This document shows, piece after piece, positions 12,165 through 36,532 of a DNA stretch of 64,000 nucleotides. Source of the DNA: Bugula neritina (Eukaryota > Animalia > Bryozoa); NCBI GenBank assembly GCA_964035545.1, contig OZ037771.1, positions 3,917,628 through 3,981,627 on the forward strand, written 5' to 3'. Numbering within the stretch: position 1 is the first letter of the stretch; every line of letters starts with the position of its first letter. The notes beneath the pieces were generated by a model. That model saw nothing but the letters and a program-made list of their open reading frames with translations, was not told the origin of the DNA and did no database searches. Both the position numbers and the translations under genes were made by a program.

Positions 12165-13034
12165 ATTATTTTTCAGGTTTTATTTATTTAACTTAATTCA
12201 ATATATTAAGCTGCTGCTATATCAAGAAAAACTTTCCAACAAATGTCACCAACTTAGGTGTAATTAGCAATTGCTTTTTATTTATATTTACAAACATCTA
12301 TAAAAAGTATTTTTAGGGCCTATTAAAAAAATTAAATTGCTTTAAGAGCTGTAAATGTTTACATTAACATATACTTTTTACATAATATCTTGCCCACATC
12401 TTTACTGCAATAATATATTGAAAAGTTTAAGTTTTAGCTTGTTTGAGTAATAAATCTAAACACTGTTAAGTATCACTGTCAGATAACAACTATGGTATAA
12501 TAAGTTAATATATCTATTGCATTGGGAAGCTTTGCAATGTACAAAATAAACAACACTAGTGCTGCAAGCTGTGAAGTAAATAATTGAATAAGTATAATAA
12601 ACATTCTGTTCTGTTTTATAGTTTATATTGAATAAATGTGAACTTTCTAACCCTTGCGGCCACTAAATATTATGGGCAAAACAGCTTGTTGGAGTTTTCT
12701 GCTCTCCAACTTCCAATCGTTGCCCACCTATATCTCATTGTAGACAGGGAATGTATTGCAGTCTATATACAGGCTGTAACACACCAAAGGTGAAATTCAT
12801 ACACTAAACAATCTTTCAATAAGTTAAAAAAAAATTTAAGCACTACTAAAATAATTATGATGAACATGTAACTGTATTTAGTTTGCATAGTTGATGAGTT
12901 GTTAAATTTTTCTGTATATCATGATTTCTTGTATTCTTTAAAATAAAATATTATTCCCAGCATACTCAAGAAATGATCCTATTTATGTAAACAGACTTAG
13001 TTGATTCTACAATTGTTCTCACATTCCAGTGTTA

Positions 13035-13273
13035 CATTCACTAAAGATCCTTAAACATTATGCAAGATCATTAATTTTTCTTCCAAAGAGTAATTGATAC
13101 TTGGAATGAACTTTCCCAAGCAACAATTATTGATGTTAATTCTGTACTTGCTTTTAAAACTCTATTAGGCATACGTTTGCATGCTGCATTATTGGGTAAA
13201 ATAAGCCACTGAATTTTTTCCCTTCGCCTACTGCTTCACCTCAAGAAGAGTGGTATACAGGTAGATACAGGTA
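13035..13273 (+). mobile_element. Degenerate CR1-like LINE 3' end
   Basis: Translates, with one frameshift, as HSLKILKHYARS / FFFQRVIDTWNELSQATIIDVNSVLAFKTLL, the typical CR1 ORF2 C-terminal motif. Ends in a short repeated tail (ATACAGGTA x2). Confidence 0.65.
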
Positions 13274-14329
13274 AATGCATTGAAATTTAATTATAACAAA
13301 ACAATATTTCTCATGAATATTTGTACTAGTTCAACGCAGTGTCAATCTTCACTAATTTAATAAATAAAGAAAAAATTGCGACCAATATCAGATGTGTAAG
13401 TATTAATAAAACTAGACCCAATAACTATTTTAGTACCTAGTATTCTATACTATTTACTTCTAGTACATGTCATGTACAGTAGAAAAATTCAAAGTATATA
13501 TAAATATATTTACAATATTTAGTAAACATTTCAGATTGTAGTATACTGCATTGTAAATTTGTCTAAAATATTGCCACAATTTAAACACCAATATAAATAT
13601 TATATTATAATATTTTATGGCCTTATTTTTCTTGAGCAGTTTGATTAGTATACTATAGTAACAGTGTTCTAGTAACAAAGATATTACTAAAAACAAAAGC
13701 TGAAATAATCATTGCAAGCAAACAATCAACAATTATGATTGGAATGAATTATTGTGCTGATTATTGTTTTAGATTGCCCTGCAAAAACCTCTCCATTTGA
13801 ATGAATATTCATCATTGCATTACAAAGAAGGGAAATAACGTGAGTATTAAATCAACTGCTTACAATACACCAAAAGTAACTATTTTTACTGTAAATTATA
13901 ACATGTATATCCACCACAATGTCAGTCAAGCAAAGAGTGAATTGGAAAAAAAAAATTTAGTAAACAAAAGCTATATAATATGTAATATAGTACCAACAAG
14001 TAATAAATCTAGCAATTAATTATTAAATTTGTTATAATCATATTTTCAACAAATTAATATATAGCTGAATAAAATATTCAGAGCATGCATTTAGAGTAAG
14101 AAACCTTATGTGCATGTACAAAAACTTAGGATGGAATGCAAATAGTGAGCAATATATAAATAAATAGACAGCAATGCAGCCACAATAGCAGTTTTATATA
14201 TTTCATGTTTGCTTGTAGAATGTGATGTTTATAAACAGAAATATAAACTATTAATGAGAATTTCCATATCTTCTGACACATGTACAAATCATCAGGTGCA
14301 TTCATTTGTACCTACTGATCTCCCACTCT

Positions 14330-15500
14330 ACTGTCCTGGACAAAATATGGCGACAATTAGCTGGCAATCCAAAACTTCATCTACATCTGAACTCCAAAAC
14401 ACAGCAGCTATTTAAATAAGATATCACTAGTAATTCATGTTGGATTCTCCCATCAGTAGACGTGGCCTCTGTATTACATCATCGCTTTTACATTAATAAC
14501 TGCATGATTAAATAGACTAAGAGCTTGCCTGGGAGGAAGTTGTGAGTGGTTGGCATGTCTATGTACACCCTCATAGATAACATCACATTTTATCATTTAG
14601 CAATTATATTTTTAATGAACTGCATGTGTACTGTTTTTACTCATATTCAGCAATTGCATGTTTTTTCTTTATGCAACCATCTTTTCTCCAGTGTCAGTTC
14701 TGTATCTCAGGTTTTGTTGCTTAGAAGTTGTTTTCTACTGCCTATGCAGTTTTCAGTTATTAGCCAATGCCTTCTTGTTTGCTTTGTACGTTTTAGAAAT
14801 CTCTCAAAAGAAACTCCAAGGCAATATGTGCTGGTCAACTTTCTTGTATGTGTTTTTAGCTTATGAAATTTGGTTTACCTAAAAGAGCTAGAAGTTTTTT
14901 CAGGTTTTAAACTTGGCACAAAATAGTAAATTATTGCAAAGTCTGTCATCAATTAAGTTTTCTTTTGCATGTTTTTTTTAATTTGTATCTGATCAGCCAA
15001 TATTTTTTCTTGATCGAGTCAATTTGACAGATCTGGAATTTCACAACAGTCGAATCCACTTTTCTAGTGGTGTGGTTTGGGAAAGCACTTGAAATCTCAC
15101 TTGAACTAAATTTCAAAACAAGAGTTGAATCCAAGTGTCTTCTAGCTCTTTTAACAGATGTTAGTGCAGGCAAATTTCCTGACACCCAGTCCGTGTAGGG
15201 TTCTGAAACCATTCCAAAGACTGGCGCCTTCTCCATATCTAAAATTTTATTTTAATAGCAATAACTTGCTGTAGAATATTCCAATCTCAAACTATAATTT
15301 GCATGAACATTCTATTTTAACATGCAAGTGATTTATTACTAATACAAATTTACATTTATATAATATATAATTCTAAAATATTGTTCTATTTATTTGTCAA
15401 AATAAAATTTGATAAAAGCATATTGTTGAATTCAACTTTGGCACTAAACATAAGAAATTTATTCCTCAATCATCAGCATATAGCAAATTTTAACAACATT
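14330..15500 (-). pseudogene. Decayed partial tandem copy of the orphan gene's large exon and upstream intron
   Basis: 15238-15345 closely matches 9228-9335, including the acceptor. MEKAPVFGMVSEPYTDWVSGNLPALTSV vs IERMPVFQMVLKPYTGWASGNLPALTFV. Stop at 14949, then patchy frameshifted similarity downstream. No copies of the 5' exons are visible; both end coordinates are approximate. Confidence 0.7.
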
Positions 15501-17453
15501 ACTACTATGAGCTTCCTAAAAAGCAAGTCGGTATGCAAAGTCTGAAGCTTTAATATGCACACTTCAAGAGAGCAACAACAAAGTAATTGGCATAAGTTTT
15601 GCAAAATTAATAATTAGCTTATATTTTTTATTGGAAAAAATAGTTATATAATTTTATTTTAGCGCTTAAGGCATTTGAAATTAAATTTTCCTAATTATTT
15701 TTGCCTTTATCCGCAAGTCATGGAGGTTGCCTTGCTTTACTTTTGGAGTTGTGCTACCTATAAGCCAAGGAGTCAATAAACTGGGAGTTGCCCTTCCCCC
15801 GGCTTATCTAATTATTACGGTTGAAGAACGTCTGCAACATGCCTGAAATATTTCACTAATTAGTTGCATATAAGATCGTGATGAAAAGTTTCGCTGCAAG
15901 TTTCATTCTGCTGCAACAAACAAGTGCGGGCACTTCAATTCGGAACCAATAAATATTATCTAATATTCAGTTTTTGCTACTTCACTGAGGAGAATTAGTA
16001 TACAGACATAAATCTAATTATGTGTAGTGAAGGTTGTAACAGGGTGATGTAACCACTGAGTTGTGTGTTGTGAAGTTACAGACACCTGCCATCTCTAACT
16101 CTCTCCTTCAGGTAATGCATGATCTTATTATATAACATATAATGATATGAGTACTAAATTCTTTAATTAACCCAGCTGCTGCTATATAATGTGACGTATG
16201 CTATGATTATATATAATATACAATATTAATTAGTTGTCATGTAAGTCACAATAAGTGATATTTCCAACTACTATAATATATTAAATATGTCACTATGAGC
16301 AATTTGGATAACTTGGACTAGGGGCACCATGTTACTACCTAATATTGTTATATATACAAATTATATTATTATGCTTATATTATGTTGTATTAAATTATTT
16401 AGCATAACATATTAATAAAATTATTATATTAATAGACACATATTTTTATGCAATATATTGTATTATTATACATATTATGTTGTCATAGTACATATATACC
16501 ATTATACATATTATTGTATTATTATACATAGCCTATTATATTATGTTACGTTACATCATAAGTTGACCCTTTCAAGGATATGACAACCTCTAGTTGCTAA
16601 ATTGCACCAAATTACCAGCAGAGCTGTTGGTGGTGCTATAAAGCTCTTAAACCATGCCGCTCACTTGGCCCACATAAAAGTATTTGCTATCAAAGGGTTC
16701 AACAGGGATGGAAACTTTAATCAACTGGTTTTTAATTTCAAGACTGTAAACTTACATAATTATATTGAAACTAGAGATGAGAATATTTTCAGTATGGGGG
16801 GGGGGGGGCTATTTGGGTATTTGATCACAGTATGTTTTGTCATTTTGTTATTATTCTTCATTATTTTTTGCAGTTTATTTCATTTTAACACAGCTTTGAA
16901 CACTAATTGAAAAAATTAAGTTTTTATCACTGTGGTCCAGTTACCAATGAGTCATAATTTCAACCATTTTAAAGTTACAACTTACAACTTTTTGCAACCT
17001 TTTAATGGTATAAAATACGTTAGAAAAGATCTGCTCTACTTCCTACATGCTCAAGAATAAAAAACGCACAACTAAAATAAAGCTATTGTAAATGCAAACT
17101 GATAAGGTATTGTATACTGAATTACTTCTGTTTCAAAGCATCTAAAACCTCACAGCATGACTTACTGTATACGTCTTATAATCTTTATTAAAGCACCCTA
17201 AATACTTGAGTAAATTCTCAAATAACTATATATATGTTGTACAAACAGAAAATCAAACTAGTACATTGCAGTACAAGTTGAATATTTACATTAGGTGCTT
17301 GCAGTGGGTGCTTTTAGTCTCACTAAGCATTGGGACATGTGTACAGTATAGTTGAAATTTCTGCAATAAGTTACTCGGCAGTGCAAAAGATGATATAATA
17401 GCTTTGCTACCGTCTCACTACTTGCAGAACTGAAACTACCATCCAGCTAAACC

Positions 17454-20400
17454 ATGAGGGAAGCAGTGAAACTCAGGCAGCAGAATCGAAGGCGCAGACG
17501 ACTGAGGGAGATGACTATGCATGTAGTTTTATTAACACTCGTTTTTATGTATGCGTACACCGGGGCTAAACTTTTCCAGTCTATTGAAGAGAAAAATGAA
17601 GAGTTGGCAAAAGGAAGTCTCATTGAATCAAAGCACCATTTCCTGGATCTTGTAAAAGCAGGGTATGTTCCAAATTGGCTCTTGGGCTAAGCGTACAAGC
17701 CAGGGTTGTATGGACTGTATTATGTTAGCAATAATAGTTCCAAGTGAAGGCAATTATGTAAAACTCAACTCTCATTTATCTAGTTTGGCTAAGTTTGTAT
17801 TATGTCTAATGTACTTGTAGTATGCAATGTACTTGTAACTGCTGGGTGTGTATTTTGAGCTGAAGCCCTAACACTAATTGCTACATCAATTAGAGAAGCA
17901 CATTTGTTGATAACTCAAGGCTATTTTACATACCTACATACATGCAGTAACAGCTGCCTTTCTAGTAGCCATCTAGCTATAGAAGCTATTACCTGTAACA
18001 GCTTTTATTCATTATTTTTCTATAAAACATGCTTTTCTGGGCACTGTGAGAGAAAGCTGTTTTATATATACTACGGATAGAAATGAGGATGCGAGAAATA
18101 TAAATTACAATTAAATTTCATTAATATAATTTTAAATCTTATCATACGGAACATAAGTACTGGTTCCTGATTGGAATATATAGTTTTAATCTTAAGATAC
18201 TGACCAATAGCAGCTGCCTTAGTGCTTCAAGAATACCTGTGATTGGTCAATTATAGAGTTGGGTCACCGTTGGTTGACCAGAAGAACTGGACAAAGATGG
18301 TGGACAGACTACTAAACTACTATGTTGAAGATTTGGCAACAGCCGCCTCACATGGTGTGGATATCACAGATGTAACGCAGCATGAATATCAAAGTGAAAA
18401 GAAGTGGGATTTCTGGGGCAGCCTTTTCTATGCCGGCACAGTCTTCACTACTATAGGTGAGCCCAATATTATCTTTTTTTGCAACCTGAAAATAATTAAG
18501 CTTGTTTCCTACTTTGAGATGCTTACAAGAGAGATATTGAAATGAACTTTATGTATAAACTTTGATTGGGGATTTATCAAGACTCAATATTCTCACATAA
18601 ATTCTAATTTTGTAATAAAATATAAAAATAAATTATGTGTCTCTACATATAGCAAATGGTTGTTTGAAAATAAATTTTTATTATCTCATTATCTCATAAT
18701 ATTATATTATTTTTTATTAAACATCTGCTATTTTTGGCCTCATATCAATTTTTCAACCTAACTTATTTGCACCACCATAGAGTGCTTCTAGTACAAGCGT
18801 CATACAAATTATATAGCCGTAGTTGCTTATAATGGCCTAAAATCTAGTATAATATGAATAAATTGTTCATATATATTATCATTTCGGTAAACACTTGTAT
18901 TTAAAGGGTATGGAAACTTTGCTCCGGTGACTACAGAAGGTAAAGTGGCTACTATAGTCTACGGTACAGTTGGTATCCCTCTTTGTCTCATACTACTAGC
19001 AGACCTCGGCAATCTTATCACTAAAATCCTAAAGTTCTTTGTCAAGAAAACAAAGAAGCATTTGTATGTTGGAAGGTAAAAGAGAGTCAAAGTATTTGTT
19101 GTAAGAAATGTAATATAGTTATAAGAATTAAGTAACCAATTCTTTCTTGAGCCTATGAGCTGTTATAAGAGTGTGAGATGACTGTGGAAATTCTAACTTC
19201 CTCTTGGTAACATACTGGTGTCTGAATTGAACAATAAACCACCAATAATGATTAAAATTTATTTTAATCTTAAAATTATAGGCAAAAATGTATATATTCT
19301 GCACCCAATGTTTTGCGTAGTTGAATAGAATAAATAAACAATGGCACAGTTGATTATACTTGCGTTTGTGTAAAAGCTTTGAAAGGAAGTAAAGGATTCA
19401 ACTGTTTTTTTCAATCACCACTTTAGTTTATTTACCACATTAATTTTTTTAGCAACTAAACTTTTAAAGCAAATTATTCCAATGCTTTTACAACTGGGAA
19501 CTTTCATAGAAAACTCTGTTTTGCACTTCGTAAAGCTACTGCATGTTGAATTTATAGCAAAAAGAACCTTAGAGATCAATGGCCACCACAAGACGAAATT
19601 GACTCGATGACCGGGAAGTCTTCATTTGTTGTGCTAAGCTGCGTCTGCATTCTGTACTTCTGCTGTGGAGCATTTATGTATAAAACATGGGAAGACGACT
19701 GGACTTACTTAGACGCTGTATATTTTATTTTTGTCAGTACCAGGTATAAATGTTTCAAGTATTTACTATTATCTATTTGGGCTAATGAAACTAACATGTA
19801 TCGTATATTCATCAAAACATTTTACAATCCAGATGGTAATGTTGCCCATAAGACTGCAAAATATTTCTCTTCAACAGAATGCATAAATTAAGGTAGCAGA
19901 AACATTTTTAACAGTTGTTCTGTAAGAAACCCTTATGTGTTCAAAAGTTTATTATAAAAACTCATTGACAATTTTTTTAATGAAGTTGATTTATTTCAAA
20001 TTTTTTGATTCAAAAGAGCAAATAAAGAATTTATGAGTGCCTCTAATGGCCATATATTATAGGTGCTATACATGGAGGTATGTAAAAAGTAACTTTTGCT
20101 GTTGTAAGGTATGCATGCACTATATAATTCTAAGAGAAATCAATCAACCACCAAACATGCAATATGTATTCCTCACACATGCTGCTGGGCAATTTCTGAA
20201 AGTGTGTCCCAACTGTTTAAGCATTTGATTAAATATTTTAAGTTAGTAAGCAATTCTGTATTTTCCAGCACCATAGGATTTGGAGATGTGCTACCGAGTC
20301 AGCCCAAGAAATTCATATTTACTTCAATCTACATATTCATTGGACTATCGCTTCTTTCTTCTGGCTTTACAATGATCCAAGAACTGTTGGAGGTAGAATC

Positions 20401-21382
20401 ATTCTTCAGCCTCTTTTGCTTAGCAAGTAATGCTAGTTAAGTGCCAAATTTCGCAACTCAACTTGCAGCTGTTAGCTGAATTTATATAGTACTTAGTTAA
20501 GTAATAGACTAAGCAGTTTAATAGTAATATAATGTAATAATAGTCTATGCCTTATCTCTTTAAGCAATTATGATGTGAGCGTAATGCTAATTAGCTATTG
20601 ATAGGGAGGTAGCTGATGAAGCTGTTGTGAACTTTTACAGAGCAGAATATCAGGAGCCAAGCGAGACCTTGATTGTGTTCTGGGAATAGAGAAGACGGAA
20701 GGCGAGTCTATCCACTCAACTGCTGCGTCTCCGGAGCCCACTTCCTCCGCTACGAGCTCGAAACATGAGGGGGCAACTCCCACAACAGCCGACATGTCTC
20801 GGAGTGTTGCAGACAATCTGCCCCAGGAAGTTATTACTACTACATTGACCCAAAACATGCCAGAGCAACCTTCCCCAATGCCTGTGGTAGAAGAAACTGT
20901 GACAGCACAACATGACAACAGCACCTTACAATCAGCACCACCTTCAAAACGACCTGAAAATGTGAGATTCAAAGCCAAAGAGTTTGAGAACAATAATCTG
21001 TTTTTCGCACCCAACTCAAGATATGAGGTAAGATAACTCTAAAGTTATTGGGATGGTCAAAGATTATCAGTTCTGATGATGACTCATTATTTAGTTAGAA
21101 CATTCCTATAAAAATTGATCTTTGCGTTATAGTTGTATTCAAAATGATGCAATTTAGTGCAAATTGTCCTGCTTATGTCTATATTTCACATAGTTTCTGT
21201 ATGTCTTACAGGAGTCTACAAAGCCCAGCACAAGACTGAGAAAGCCATTAGCTACAACTTGGCTAGGGACAGCAAATTCGGCCAACAACTCAACTTCTGG
21301 CGATGTTAAAGTCAATGAAACCAAAATAGTGAATTTAGATGATGGTGTTTTGTCAGTAGAAGCAACTATAGTCCTAGATTGA
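17454..21382 (+). CDS. Two-pore-domain (K2P, TWiK/KCNK18-like) potassium channel
   Basis: Exons 17454-17662, 18257-18456, 18907-19075, 19558-19743, 20269-20392, 20641-21027, 21212-21382. M1 GAKLFQSIE, P1 WDFWGSLFYAGTVFTTIGYGNFAP, M2 YGTVGIPL, P2 WTYLDAVYFIFVSTSTIGFGDVLP. Confidence 0.93.
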
Positions 21383-21883
21383 ACAACCAGAACTAAGATT
21401 ACTGCATTTCGAATTTAGAGCCGGAAGGTGTCGTTTCAACTTGATATTTTCTACTATTAGAAAATAAGAAACGGATGCAATACTGTGCCATAAATATTTC
21501 GCCCAGTCTCTAAACGTTTTAGCTCTTCACATGACTGACCATGAATGACCAACACTATGTTATAGAGTTTATTGAGCAGCATGGAAGACATGCACCTAAC
21601 TGCCACCTTTGACGCTGCTAGTGCAATTATATTTTAGACATTTCTATTTTTGTAAATCACCTGTATATTAGATGAGAGTTTTATTTTTCAGTAATTTTAT
21701 TCAACACACAGGATATCTGCACTATTTCTGAAAACCAACTTCACTGCTATTTAGCATCATAATTGCAGGATAAATTGACAACTAAAGGTAACATTTCATT
21801 TTAAAATTGTATTTATTGGAAACAATTTTCAAGTATGAAAAAAATATAAAAAACTGCTTTCGGTAACCAGATAACTCATCACA

Positions 21884-24800
21884 TCACGAGGAAGTTTCTT
21901 CTCCAACAGCAAATCTCACAAAGTCAGCCACTGATAAATTTCTAAAAATACAAAATACAAAGACTTAAATAATTACAGTAATCTAAACATACACCTACAG
22001 TAAACCACTTCAACGGTGGAGGTTAAATGAAAAGCAAAAACATCTTAAATAGCTTCAATCTCAAACTGGGAATGGAAAAAGTTAGTTATATACCAATTGT
22101 TGAAATCCTGAAAAGAAGGTTTTATATTATACAGGGAACAGATATTGCTGTTGCTCCACGCTTGCTCAATTACAAGTTGTAACATAAAACCACACATTTA
22201 TATTCTTATATTTTCTCTATCAAAAGAAATCCGTATACTTATTACCTGTGACTACTTGTAAAATTTTGAATGAGAAATAGAGAAATCTATAAAATGTAAA
22301 GGTAGCTGCCAGTACTATTTGCACTGAGTAAGGGTGTTCACTCACCTCTCCTCAAGCCACTGTTTAGTGGTAATATCAGGATCTATGAGGAATTCCTGGA
22401 ACAGAAGTCTACTCTCTCCATCTGACTGCTTCCTATCAGCAGGATGAGTAGCGGTATCACCAGGAGGCAGAGAGGACGACTCCAATGTCTCACTAGTTTC
22501 CTCTTCTACTGCTCCGATTGTTTTAGGATTCATCCCCACTACATGCTGCGCTATAAACATGGATAAAGTTATTATTTGATGACATTACACACTATGAATA
22601 CGATATAAAAGAGTTGTTATGGAAGTCCAGACTTTAGAGAAGCTGGTATTTGTTGATATCACTGAACGCAAGGCAAATAATTATTATCTACACAAAATAA
22701 TATGTCAGAATGAAAATCAAAACTATTTGAAAACACTGGCTTGGCTTACAACATAGCAAGCTAGAGGTCAACATAGTATACTAGAGGTCAACATAGTAAG
22801 CTAGAGGTCAACATAGTATACTAGAGGTCAACATAGTATACTAGAGGTCAATGCTATCACATTTACCTTTCAAATATTTCTGGATTATTGATATGAAGAA
22901 AGTTATTGAGAAAAATGAGTAAATTATACATCATAATGCTACGTGTCTCTTGTAAAATAATTTGAGCAGCTCACCTATTTGTAAACAGTGGACGTGAGAG
23001 TCTTCTTGATTGACATCACCATTGAGTAGCACCAAACCAGCGTATTTACCAAACTTACACCCTTCTATTTCTAGACAATTCTGATTTAGACCTACAGTCA
23101 TCACAAGCAAGAGCGTAGACCATCACTATTCAAGGGGAAGCAATGATGTAAAAGAGGATTAATATATACCATAACTCTTCTAGCAAAGAAAGAATTAGAA
23201 GCAAAGGCGAGAAGGAAAAATTAAAAAGGGTAAACCAACTTAGTGTTCAGTAGTACAATTTCCTAAAATTAACATCAAATTTTATACTAAATTGAGAAGC
23301 GCCCCCCAACTTCAACATTCCAACGTCATAAAAACTACCCGACTACCAACTTGCTCCCTGAGCCCACCTGCGGTATGTATGTAGTTAGCGAGACGAGAAT
23401 GAGGCGAGTCAACGCTCATGTAAATAGCTCGAGTAGCTCGCAAGTTCTCCCCAATACTTCCAACTTCCTTAGCAACAATAGCCGCTATTGTTTCATTAGT
23501 AACACTGGTAACAGCTGACAGTTCGGGAGTTGATAGGGGCACCTACAATCAACCAACCACTAATAAACTAGCCGCAGAAAAGGACAGGCACGATTTAATA
23601 AATGCATTCACTATAGCTTTCTGCAAAGACACAATGTAGTAAACTACTGAACTACAAATACTATATTATGTTTTATTAAAGTAAAAAAACGTTATCTTAA
23701 AAAGAATAAAGTTGCTTGTTGTTATAAATTGAAGTTGTTTCTACACAACTTTTCAGAAAGCAGAATATTTTACTGCAATTTGGCATCAAAAAGTATGGGA
23801 ATGTTTATTCATCTCCTTTAAAAGACTCGACTCAACCAAAGACTTCACATACCTTACTAGATTGAGAAGTTTGTAAACTGGTAAAACAGATATGGCTGAT
23901 GTTGGATACCAACTCTAGAAACTTCGTGTTCCTCGCTACGAAATCTGTTTCACAATTCACCTGAAAGTTGACAAGAATCAAGCAATACAGTTAGAGTTGC
24001 TGCCAAAGTTGGTGTCCTCAATACTTGAAGCATGACTCATAGTCAACAGCAGCAAATGCCAAGGTCATAAGAGCAGTAATAAACTCACCTCCAGCATCAG
24101 AGCGGAGTTTGGAGTTGTCATCACACCAACTACACCTTGAGACATCGGCCTGTTCTGTAGTTTACCTGCTTTGGCCCAGCCTTCTTTAGCAGCTTCAGCC
24201 TTTAACCACTCCAATGCCTATAAATTTGATTAAACTTTAGCAAAAATAAATACGCACTACAATCTCAAACCAAAGCTAAGATTGACTCAATTATGTACCA
24301 AAGACTACTTACTTTGTCAAAGTCATTATCATGCATCAACAAGGCCTTGCGACAGTTGCTAAAAGCATATCCTGTTTGTTTTCTCAGTTTACTCAGGGAG
24401 TTCTTGTCAACTGAAGGAACTGCTTTTGTCTGACATGATCTTGTACCTGCAGCATTACAATGGGTGTAGAGCTAAAGAGACACACAGAGTCAGAAAAGAG
24501 AGGTTAGCAGGCTATGTGGAATTTATTCAATTCTAGAAAATTCTTAACAGTAAAATATTTTAATGCATCCTGTCTATCGGTACTAAGAAGCATTCAAATT
24601 TTTATTATTTTTTTAAGTAAAAGCATTAAATCAAACGCAATGAAGTGGTTATAAAGCTGAAATCATATATCACATGCTAGCAAAAAAATTGAAGTCTTTA
24701 CTCCTGATTCAGTACCCCTGGCAGCTTACAACATAAATATAATAAGTAAGAAAAATAAGATAAATAACAACACTTACTATATTATAATACTATACATGAC

Positions 24801-25535
24801 CAGCTATATCATTATTATTAATCAAACATTCAACTGGCTGAAATGGAACACTCAAGTATACTATTCGCTTTAAGTAAATCAGTATTACATTTACTATTAC
24901 ATTTAATTTTATTTATAATATTCGCCAATGACCTTTATATTACATTATTAGTCTTACACTAATACTAATAGTAATAGTAAATATGTAACTTAATGCTTAC
25001 TCTGGATGCTTAATAGAAATAAAAAACAGTAATACTAATACTAACAATAATAGTATTACTCTATTAGTATGAGTATCAATTAACCAACTTCAAGTCTGTC
25101 ACACAAAACATGGTATTCGAATTGATATTAAATTACTCAGTCTCACTAAAGTGACTAAGTCTAATGAGTACTCAGTACTGCAATTGCCAGAGTAATTATT
25201 GATTACCAATTTATTGAATTAGTAAATTACTAATTTATTAATTATTATAATAATAATTAATAATTTTCATTTTAACTTTCACGCCATTATCTCATTATGA
25301 TTATCATTATGAGTATGACTATTATCTTTATTATTTTGATTCAAAATTTACAAAGTTAGACTTCACTTGATTACTATTTTCATTATGATTATAATAGCAA
25401 TATCAATATGAATATGTCTATGGAGATGGACATGGCATCACCTGCTATCGTAGAGCCTAAGCAAGACGGGGATGGTACACGAATGCTGGAACTGATCAAT
25501 CCAGATAGTAGGCAATTTAGTTTTGCTAACTTCAT
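21884..25535 (-). CDS. TSFM: Elongation factor Ts, mitochondrial
   Basis: Exons 25535-25442, 24446-24313, 24217-24089, 23960-23853, 23542-23347, 23070-22975, 22550-22346, 21941-21884. Motifs LSKLRKQTGYAFSNCRKAL, EVNCETDFVARN (EF-Ts signature), AQHVVGMNP and DFVRFAVGE. N-terminus resembles a transit peptide. Confidence 0.95.
22751..22851. repeat. 20-bp minisatellite x5 (ACATAGTATACTAGAGGTCA) in a TSFM intron
   Basis: Five near-identical tandem units, seen directly. Confidence 0.93.
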
Positions 25536-25980
25536 AGCTGCTGCAAAGCGACTGGTTACATAAAAATGCTTCTGTTCTGGTCTTATCCTAACTTTTTCGT
25601 GGTAATTATGTACAGTGCGTTCAGTTTTAAAACTGGGCAAAAGTTGAAGTCATGAAATTGAATGGAACTGTGCGAGTTACCAAACGGAAACAGTAACACG
25701 GATGTCTTCGCAGTATAACCAATTAATCCAGTGAATTTAATATGAGATGAAAAGAAATAAATTAAATAAAGCAAATGGACTCGATTTGTTTTGTTATTCC
25801 TTACGAAAAGAGGTATTTAACCTCGTCGCCTTGTTTAGATGTTGTCCTTGGCAAGCTATTACCATCTTAGTTCTCACTGCTTGTAGTTCTCTTTCACCTC
25901 CATACATTTATTATATTTCAAGTTTTCATGTTATCAAGCTGTTTGCCATAGACTGAAGCAATTTAAAAATGACTTTAAAT
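25536..25980. promoter_or_regulatory. Head-to-head promoter region TSFM / FAM92
   Basis: Only 445 bp separate the two divergent start codons. Imperfect X-box-like GTTGTCCTTGGCAAG at 25841; FAM92 is a known ciliary gene. Confidence 0.65.
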
Positions 25981-31904
<5,924 letters not shown>

Positions 31905-32431
31905 TTGTTTTACATTTTTCTGATTAGCCAACCATACTAATAGAATTGTTTTTCACCATAGACAATCGGCATAGACAATTAGTTCAGCAATCTGTGATAG
32001 TTTGATCATTACGCATGCCTAAAGTTGCACTTCCTGTGCATTGTACAGGCCATTGCATACATTCTGCAGTTAGCCTAACTTCCTATTGGTTAGCCTGGCT
32101 AAACCTCCTTCATCACTTAAACAAATTTGAGATTGTCATTCACAGCGAATTGCTTCAACTAATGAAGTTTGACTAATTTTAGTACTCAAAGAAATGCTTT
32201 AAATTACCGTCCGAAGTTTTTCTATTTATTTTCTCAAAATACGTCCAATCATTCTAACTAGAAATGAGAATTAGGTTTGTTCTGTTTAGAATAACAGTTA
32301 CTGTAGTTTTACTTCATAATTTACTACGTAGTTAAAACATTTGGTATATTTTATGAAAACAATAAAGTACATATAAATAATATGAAAATCCATTGATATA
32401 AAAATACAATATAGTTGACAATGTAGTGGAT

Positions 32432-36532
<4,101 letters not shown>

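Noticed and set aside
22751-22851. Nuclear-receptor response array (AGGTCA x5)
   Set aside because: The half-sites are 14 bp apart only because of the 20-bp repeat unit; no other support.
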